Shown here: positions 57,913 through 64,000 of the stretch, one piece after another
How positions within the stretch are numbered: the first letter of the stretch is position 1
Layout of the letters: the number at the start of each line of letters is the position of its first letter
Program-made: the position numbers and the translations under genes
From: Zoogloeaceae bacterium
Lineage (GTDB): Bacteria; Pseudomonadota; Gammaproteobacteria; Burkholderiales; Rhodocyclaceae
Direction of reading: 5' to 3'
Assembly (NCBI GenBank): GCA_016791025.1
Contig: JAEUNX010000082.1
Coordinates: forward strand, 33,487-97,486
DNA: 64,000 nt
The notes under the pieces: generated by a model
The model's database searches: none
What the model saw: only the letters and a program-made list of their open reading frames with translations
What the model was told of the DNA's origin: nothing

Positions 57913-58623
57913 TCAGCAATAGACCAGGGTACCTTCGTCCTCACCTGTGACCACGCGCCGTAAGGCGCCAGGTGAAAATATACTGAAAACATTGATCGGC
58001 AGGCGCTGATCGCGGCAAAGGGCAAAGGCTGTCGCATCCAGCACCGCAAGGTTGCGGGCGATGGCTTCGTCAAAGCTGACCCGATCGTAGCGAACTGCCG
58101 TCGGATCCTTTTTGGGATCGGCAGTGTAAATGCCGTCGACCTTAGTAGCCTTCAGCATGATCTGGGCACCGATCTCCACACCCCGCAAGGCGGCGGCGGT
58201 ATCGGTGGTGAAAAACGGATTCCCCGTCCCCGCAGCAAAGACGACGACCTTTCCTTCTTCCAGGTAGCGAATGGCCTTACCCCGAATGTAGGGCTCGACC
58301 ACCTGGTCAATGCGCAGGGCTGACTGAACGCGGGCGGGAATCCCGGCCCGGCGCATGGCGTCACCGATCGCCATGCCGTTCATGACGGTAGCCAGCATCC
58401 CCATGTAGTCCGCCGTGGCGCGATCCATGCCAGACGACGCCCCTGCCATGCCACGAAAAATGTTCCCCCCCCCGATGACCACCCCGATTTCCACGCCGAG
58501 GTGGACCACTTCACCAATTTCTTCGACGATTCGAGCCAGAACTGCGCCATTAATGCCGTAGGCATCTTCGCCCATCAGGGCTTCCCCGGAGAGCTTGAGC
58601 AGAATGCGCTTGTAGGCGGCCAT
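57913..58623 (-). CDS. pyrH: UMP kinase
   Basis: [13 protein letters not shown] and [10 protein letters not shown]. Confidence 0.9.
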   Translation of the reverse strand: MAAYKRILLKLSGEALMGEDAYGINGAVLARIVEEIGEVVHLGVEIGVVIGGGNIFRGMAGASSGMDRATADYMGMLATVMNGMAIGDAMRRAGIPARVQSALRIDQVVEPYIRGKAIRYLEEGKVVVFAAGTGNPFFTTDTAAALRGVEIGAQIMLKATKVDGIYTADPKKDPTAVRYDRVSFDEAIARNLAVLDATAFALCRDQRLPINVFSIFSPGALRRVVTGEDEGTLVYC

Positions 58624-58638
58624 GGGTTGGGGGACCCC

Positions 58639-59535
58639 TTACTTCTGGGCTGCGGCGGCCGCCTGCGCGGCTACTTCGGCGGCGAAGTCGGAAACCTTCT
58701 TTTCGATCCCTTCGCCAACGACAAACAGGACGAAATTGGCCACCGACGCGCCACGAGATTTAAGCAACTGCTCGATGGTCTGCTTGCCGTCTTCCGCCTT
58801 GACGAACACCTGGCCCAGGAGGGTCACATCCTTGAGATACTTCTGGACCGTTCCCTCGGCGATCTTTTCCAGCATCGCCTCTGGCTTGCCGGCTTCCCGC
58901 GCTTTCTCAATCGCAATCCGCCGCTCGGTATCCAGGAGTTCGCCGGGCACGCCGCTTGCATCCAGAGCCTTGGGCTTGGAGGCGGCGATGTGCATGGCGA
59001 CGTCCTTGGCCAAACCTTCATCCCCACCGACGAGATCGATCAGAACGCCGATCTTGCTGCCTCCGTGGATGTAGGAAGCCAGGGCGCCCTTGGCTTCCAG
59101 ACGCTGAAAGCGGCGAAGCGTCATGTTCTCGCCAATTTTGCCGACCAGAGCCGTACGCACGGAATCGACCGTCCCATCGCCCAGCGGCAGCGCCGAGAGC
59201 GTGGCAACGTCCGCCGGGTTGGCATCGGACACCAGCTTCGCCGCAGCGGCAGCCAAAGCCTGGAATTCCTCGTTCTTGGCGACAAAGTCGGTCTCGGAAT
59301 TGATCTCAAGAATGCTGCCGACCTTGCCGTCGGCGCTGATGCTGATTGCCACAACTCCTTCTGCCGCAACGCGCGCAGCCGCCTTGGACGCCTTGTTGCC
59401 CAGCTTGACGCGAAGAATCTCTTCCGCCTTGGCCATGTCGCCAGCGGCCTCCGTCAATGCCTTTTTGCACTCCATCATTGGAGCATCCGTCTTCTCACGA
59501 AGCTCCTTGACCATGCCTGCGGTAATTTCCGCCAT
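58639..59535 (-). CDS. tsf: Elongation factor Ts
   Basis: [27 protein letters not shown]. Confidence 0.9.
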   Translation of the reverse strand: MAEITAGMVKELREKTDAPMMECKKALTEAAGDMAKAEEILRVKLGNKASKAAARVAAEGVVAISISADGKVGSILEINSETDFVAKNEEFQALAAAAAKLVSDANPADVATLSALPLGDGTVDSVRTALVGKIGENMTLRRFQRLEAKGALASYIHGGSKIGVLIDLVGGDEGLAKDVAMHIAASKPKALDASGVPGELLDTERRIAIEKAREAGKPEAMLEKIAEGTVQKYLKDVTLLGQVFVKAEDGKQTIEQLLKSRGASVANFVLFVVGEGIEKKVSDFAAEVAAQAAAAAQK

Positions 59536-59598
59536 TGCTACTCCTGCAATTCCGTAATGCTTAGAAATTAGATTAAGTCTCGACGCTGCCGCACCAAA

Positions 59599-60354
59599 TC
59601 AAGCCTGGGGCTCGCCGGCCTCTTCCTGAACTTCGACGAATTCATCTGCACCCGCCGCCACGATTTCCTGCAGGCTGGTCGCCTTACCTTCGAGCACCGC
59701 ATCGGCGACGCCACGGGCGTACAGACGAATGGCACGGCTGGAATCGTCATTGCCGGGGATCACGTAATCGACGCCATCCGGAGCGTGGTTGGTGTCAACG
59801 ACAGCCACCACCGGAATGCCGAGCTTCTGCGCCTCGGTGATGGCGATCTTGTGATAGCCGACATCAATGACGAACAACGCGTCGGGCAAGCCGCTGAGAT
59901 CCTTGATGCCGCCGAGGCTCTTCTGAAGTTTTTCCAGCTCACGGGAGGCCATCAGTGCCTCCTTCTTGGACAAGCGCTCAATGGAGCCGTCTTCCACCAT
60001 GGCTTCCATTTCCTTCAGGCGCTTGATAGACCCCTTGACCGTCTTGAAATTGGTAAGCATGCCGCCCAGCCAACGCTCATCGACGTAGGGCATCCCGGCG
60101 CGACGCGCCTCCTCGGCGATAATCTCCCGAGCCTGACGCTTGGTTCCAACGAAAAGGATGCTGCCCCGGTTGGCGGCCAGCTTGCGCACGAAGCCCATAG
60201 CCTCTTGATACTTGGCCATGGTCTTTTCGAGATTGATGATGTGGATTTTGTTGCGATGGCCGAAGATATAGGGGGCCATGCGGGGATTCCAGAACCGGGT
60301 CTGATGACCAAAATGGACACCAGCTTCAAGCATTTGACGCATCGTCACAGACAT
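59599..60354 (-). CDS. rpsB: 30S ribosomal protein S2
   Basis: Start moved to [24 protein letters not shown]. Confidence 0.95.
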   Translation of the reverse strand: MSVTMRQMLEAGVHFGHQTRFWNPRMAPYIFGHRNKIHIINLEKTMAKYQEAMGFVRKLAANRGSILFVGTKRQAREIIAEEARRAGMPYVDERWLGGMLTNFKTVKGSIKRLKEMEAMVEDGSIERLSKKEALMASRELEKLQKSLGGIKDLSGLPDALFVIDVGYHKIAITEAQKLGIPVVAVVDTNHAPDGVDYVIPGNDDSSRAIRLYARGVADAVLEGKATSLQEIVAAGADEFVEVQEEAGEPQA

Positions 60355-60496
60355 GATTGACTCCAATCAAAGGGTTTGGCCTCCGTCCGGGCGGGCATTG
60401 CGCCCCTGCCAGCCCTTTGCTTGCGCGAAGGCCAGACCCCTTGAGGACGATCCCGGACGTGTGAATTTTGCCCGACTCGCATCGGGCAAGCTTTGG

Positions 60497-60526
60497 ATTA
60501 TACCGCTTCCGGCGCAGTTGTCTCAA
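60497..60526 (-). promoter_or_regulatory. Sigma70-type promoter candidate for rpsB-tsf
   Basis: Minus strand TTGAGA - 18 nt - TATAAT. It is followed by an 8-bp hairpin (TTGCCCGA/TCGGGCAA, 60468..60489) at the start of an approximately 135-nt leader. Confidence 0.45.
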
Positions 60527-60621
60527 CGACCCCGCCAATGCAGCCCTCGGGTCGAGGGAAATTTGCCCTCTTCGAACGCATGCGCTAGCCTGCCGATTGT
60601 TTCTGGGACATGTCGGACTGA

Positions 60622-61440
60622 ATGAGCGTCACCATCAAATCGCCGGCCGAAATCGAGAAGATGCGCGTCGCCTGCCGCCTTGCATCGGAAGTTCTTGATT
60701 ACATTGGCCCCTATGTCACCCCCGGGGTCACCACTGGTGAAGTTGACCGCCTATGCCATCGGTATATGGAGGATGTTCAGCACACCATCCCGGCGCCCCT
60801 CAATTACGCGCCCCCTGGGTATCCGCCCTACCCCAAGGCCATCTGCACCTCGGTCAATCACCAAGTCTGCCATGGAGTCCCGGGTGACAAGGCTCTGAAA
60901 AAAGGTGACATTCTCAATATTGATGTCACTGTCATCAAGGATGGGTTCCACGGTGACTGCAGCCGCATGTTCATCGTTGGCGGGGAATCGACGATCCTGG
61001 CCAAGCGATTGTGCCAAGTGACCTTCGAGTGCATGTGGCTCGGCATCGCCCAGGTTCGTCCAGGCGCCCGATTGGGTGACATCGGCCACGCCATCCAGCG
61101 CCATGCAGAAGGACACGGATTTTCGGTCGTACGCGAATTCTGCGGCCACGGGATCGGCACCAAGTTCCACGAAGATCCTCAGGTGCTTCACTACGGCCGG
61201 CCCGGCACGGGAGTGGAATTGCAGGCGGGAATGACCTTCACCATCGAACCGATGATCAATGCGGGACGTGCGGCCATTTCCGAGTTGCCGGATGGGTGGA
61301 CCATCGTCACCAAGGACCGCAGCCTTTCTGCTCAATGGGAGCACACCGTCTTGGTGACACCAATGGGCGTGGAGGTACTCACCTTGTCTGCAGGCTGCCC
61401 CGCGCCCCCCGCCCTGGTTGCGGACGCCTTGTCCTCCTGA
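60622..61440 (+). CDS. map: Type I methionine aminopeptidase
   Basis: VCHGVP, DIVNID-like LNIDVT, GHGIG, EPMIN and TVLVT motifs. Confidence 0.9.
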   Translation: MSVTIKSPAEIEKMRVACRLASEVLDYIGPYVTPGVTTGEVDRLCHRYMEDVQHTIPAPLNYAPPGYPPYPKAICTSVNHQVCHGVPGDKALKKGDILNIDVTVIKDGFHGDCSRMFIVGGESTILAKRLCQVTFECMWLGIAQVRPGARLGDIGHAIQRHAEGHGFSVVREFCGHGIGTKFHEDPQVLHYGRPGTGVELQAGMTFTIEPMINAGRAAISELPDGWTIVTKDRSLSAQWEHTVLVTPMGVEVLTLSAGCPAPPALVADALSS

Positions 61441-61450
61441 GGGAGCGGCG

Positions 61451-64000
61451 ATGGCAGAAGGCGATCACACCAAATCCAAGGGCTCGCTGGCCAACACCAT
61501 CGACATCGCCCGCGCTCTTGCTCAGGGACAGACCGAGCTGCGGGAAAGCTATATGGCGCGTCCGGCCACCGCCCCCATGCTAAAGGGGCGTGCCCGCTTG
61601 GTGGATGACGCGGTCCAGCAGATCTGGCGTGGATGTGACTTGCCTGCCGAAATCGCCCTCGTTGCCGTCGGCGGGTATGGGCGGGGCGAGTTGTTTCCCG
61701 CCTCCGACGTGGACTTACTGATTTTGTTGGGTGAACCAGAGAACGAAGCCCTCAAGACCCAGTTGTCGGAACTCGTCAGCACCCTGTGGGACGTCGGTCT
61801 CGACATCGGACACAGCGTTCGGACAGTGGGCGAGTGCCTGTCGGAGGCCGGCCAGGATGTGACGGTCCAGACCAACCTCCTCGAATCCCGCTTCCTGATT
61901 GGTAACCAGGATCTCTACCAATCCTTTGTCGAGCGTTTTCGGGCCGCGCTCGACATCAAGGCGTTCTTCAAGGCCAAGCGCCTTGAGCAGGAGCAGCGCT
62001 ATAGCCGCTACAACGACACGCCCTTTTCGCTGGAGCCCAATTGCAAGGAGAGCCCCGGAGGCCTGCGGGATCTTCAGCTACTCGGGTGGATCAGTCGGGC
62101 GGCCGGTTATGGCCTGACTTGGCGGGATCTCGTCCGTCGCAAGCTGATCACCCCCGACGAAGCCACGGACTTGCGCCAAATCGAGCGTTTCCTCCAGCAC
62201 GTCAGGATCCGGCTGCATTATCTGACTGGTCGAGCGGAAGACCGCCTCCTCTTCGACCACCAGGAGAAGATCGCCCGCGCCATGGGCTTCGAAACGGCCC
62301 CGGGCAAGCGGGCGTCGGAAGTCTTCATGCAGCGCTACTACGTCGAGGCCAAGAAGCTCACCCAGATCAGCACCATCCTGCTGCAAAACTATGGCGCGGA
62401 GATTTTCCCGGCCCGTGCGGCATCCGCCGAAATCATCAACGACCGCTTCCAGTGCATCCGCGAACTCCTCGACATCCGCCACGATCAGGTGTTTCAGGAG
62501 CACCCCCCGGCCCTGCTGGAGTGCTTCCTGCTGCTCCAGCAGCGTTCGGATCTCAAGGGCATGACAGCCCGCACCCTGCGGGCACTGTGGCTCAATCGCA
62601 AACTGATTACTGCCGCATTTCGGGCCGACCCCGTCAATCGGGCAACGTTCCTCCAATTGCTCCGCCAGCGGCGCGGAATCATCCACGAATTCCGCAGGAT
62701 GAATCAGTATGGGATCTTGAGTCGTTACATCCCCGCCTGGCGCCGCATCGTCGGCCAGATGCAGCACGACCTGTTCCACGTCTACACGGTGGACCAACAC
62801 ATCATGATGGTGCTGCGCAACCTGCGCCGCTTCACCATGAGCGAACACGGGCACGAATATCCCCTGATGACGCGCCTGATGTTGGGCTTTGAAGAGCATT
62901 GGCTGTTATACGTCGCCGCGCTTTTTCACGATATTGCCAAAGGCCGAGGCGGCGACCACTCCAAGCTGGGGATGGTGGAGGCCAGCGAATTCTGCAAATT
63001 GCACGCCCTTAGCGACGATCAACATCAGCTAGTGGTGTGGCTGGTGGAGCACCACCTGACCATGTCGCATTTCGCCCAAAAGGAGGACACCACCAATCCC
63101 GAAGTCGTCAAGCGCTTTGCCGAGACGGTCAGCGATGAGCGGCGGCTGACTGCTCTCTATCTCCTCACCCATGCCGACATCCGCGGGACGAGCCCCAAAG
63201 TCTGGAACGGGTGGAAGGGAAAGCTCCTGGAGGACCTGTACTTCGCCACCCAACGCATGCTGCGGGGCGCCACCGCGCAACAGGCCCTTGGCCTGGACGA
63301 CCGACAGGAAGACGCCCGGGCCCTGTTGCGATACCACGGCTTGCGTCAGGGAGTGGAAGAGGCGTTTTGGTCCAAGCTCGACGCGGTCTACTTCATGCGA
63401 CATTCCGCGGAAGAAATCGCCTGGCATACGCGCCTTCTTTACTACCGCACGGAATCCGCGGACCCTGTGGTAAAGGTCCGGGTAGCGGAAAATGGCGAAG
63501 GCCTTCAGGTCATGGTATTCACCAAGGATCAGAAGGACCTCTTCGTCCGGGTCTGCAGCTTCTTCGCCAAGCTTGGCTTCACGATCCTGGACGCCAAGAT
63601 CCACACCACGCGCCATGGCTACGCCCTGGACAGCTTCATCCTCCAGGATCCCGGCAAGGAGAGTCACTACCGCGATATCAGCGCCCTGATCGAACATGAT
63701 CTCGGCGCGCGCTTGGCGGCTCAGGGCCCAATCGACCGCCCCACCAAGGGACGAGTTTCCCGCCAGCTGAAACATTTCCCCATTACGCCCCACGTCCGGA
63801 TCCGTCCCGACGATTCCGGCCGCCAATACATCCTTTCCCTCACCGCAGCCGACCGCCCCGGTCTGCTCTTTGCCGTCGCTGAGGTCCTTGCCAAGTACGG
63901 GATCGGACTTCAAACGGCCAAAATCGCAACGCTTGGCGATCGGGTCGAAGACACCTTCCTGCTCAGCGGCGGAGGATTGTCCCAGGACGCTCAGGTGCTG
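61451..64000 (+). CDS. glnD: [Protein-PII] uridylyltransferase/uridylyl-removing enzyme, 3' end cut by window
   Basis: Not in the ORF track because it is open-ended. Hand translation from ATG 61451 gives MAEGDHTK...VAVGGYGRGELFPASDVDLLIL (nucleotidyltransferase). HD region ...LFHDIAKGRGGDHS. ACT-like ...AKIATLGDRVEDTFLL at the edge. The frame is open for 850 codons. Confidence 0.85.
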   Translation, partial: MAEGDHTKSKGSLANTIDIARALAQGQTELRESYMARPATAPMLKGRARLVDDAVQQIWRGCDLPAEIALVAVGGYGRGELFPASDVDLLILLGEPENEALKTQLSELVSTLWDVGLDIGHSVRTVGECLSEAGQDVTVQTNLLESRFLIGNQDLYQSFVERFRAALDIKAFFKAKRLEQEQRYSRYNDTPFSLEPNCKESPGGLRDLQLLGWISRAAGYGLTWRDLVRRKLITPDEATDLRQIERFLQHVRIRLHYLTGRAEDRLLFDHQEKIARAMGFETAPGKRASEVFMQRYYVEAKKLTQISTILLQNYGAEIFPARAASAEIINDRFQCIRELLDIRHDQVFQEHPPALLECFLLLQQRSDLKGMTARTLRALWLNRKLITAAFRADPVNRATFLQLLRQRRGIIHEFRRMNQYGILSRYIPAWRRIVGQMQHDLFHVYTVDQHIMMVLRNLRRFTMSEHGHEYPLMTRLMLGFEEHWLLYVAALFHDIAKGRGGDHSKLGMVEASEFCKLHALSDDQHQLVVWLVEHHLTMSHFAQKEDTTNPEVVKRFAETVSDERRLTALYLLTHADIRGTSPKVWNGWKGKLLEDLYFATQRMLRGATAQQALGLDDRQEDARALLRYHGLRQGVEEAFWSKLDAVYFMRHSAEEIAWHTRLLYYRTESADPVVKVRVAENGEGLQVMVFTKDQKDLFVRVCSFFAKLGFTILDAKIHTTRHGYALDSFILQDPGKESHYRDISALIEHDLGARLAAQGPIDRPTKGRVSRQLKHFPITPHVRIRPDDSGRQYILSLTAADRPGLLFAVAEVLAKYGIGLQTAKIATLGDRVEDTFLLSGGGLSQDAQVL

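Noticed and set aside
1-64000. CRISPR arrays, tRNA or rRNA genes, IS elements, reverse transcriptases, restriction-modification or other recognisable defence genes
   Set aside because: None were recognised in either the ORF track or the nucleotide sequence. The only T-loop-like GGTTCGATTCC element is the tmRNA 3' end. Short dispersed repeats cannot be excluded without a computational repeat search.

Overview
High-GC (roughly 64-65% by eye) proteobacterial chromosome segment. It looks beta-proteobacterial: the ssrA tag is ANDERFALAA and the block rpsB-tsf-pyrH-frr-uppS-cdsA-dxr-rseP-bamA-skp-lpxD-fabZ-lpxA-lpxB-rnhB is present. All family calls come from motif and pattern recognition on the supplied translations, not from searches. 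Coordinates derived from ORF-track arithmetic are exact; hand-counted non-coding sites may be off by 1-2 nt. Layout: (1) 1-15.65 kb holds an aryl-polyene/xanthomonadin-type pigment cluster (type II PKS-like) in two convergent operons. The + operon runs ligase, DH, acyltransferase, LolA-like, MMPL, deacetylase, methyltransferase, KS, CLF-like, DH, KR. The - operon runs flavin halogenase, chorismatase, MipA, acyltransferase, GT2, cation/H+ antiporter. ACP genes must lie upstream of the window. (2) 15.65-18.5 kb is a decayed CP4-57-like islet beside ssrA, with alpA, small orphan ORFs and an internally deleted P4-type integrase; the tmRNA lies at 18543..18907 (-). (3) 19-23.5 kb is housekeeping: PolB-like exonuclease, cysM, CDF transporter, M61 peptidase. 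(4) 24.0-29.2 kb is a tightly coupled five-gene minus-strand operon: URC1-like GTP-cyclohydrolase-II homologue, DUF1688/URC4-like, upp, RutR-like TetR, codA. A sigma54-like -24/-12 element and a RutR-box-like palindrome lie upstream. I rate this the best candidate for an uncharacterised system. (5) eutBC, an SH3b protein, a KefB/C-type antiporter, DedA-like, FUSC/YccS, OsmC and TauE. (6) 38.4-40.05 kb is an orphan cassette: HicA-like, ParF-type ParA ATPase, and a Pro/Ala/Lys-rich RHH protein with a hexalysine tail. This is the second candidate. (7) bioAFHCD. (8) The trmH-like to rpsB cluster, then map and glnD (3' end cut by the window). No CRISPR array, tRNA, rRNA or intact transposase was seen. 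The many long antisense ORFs are high-GC artefacts.
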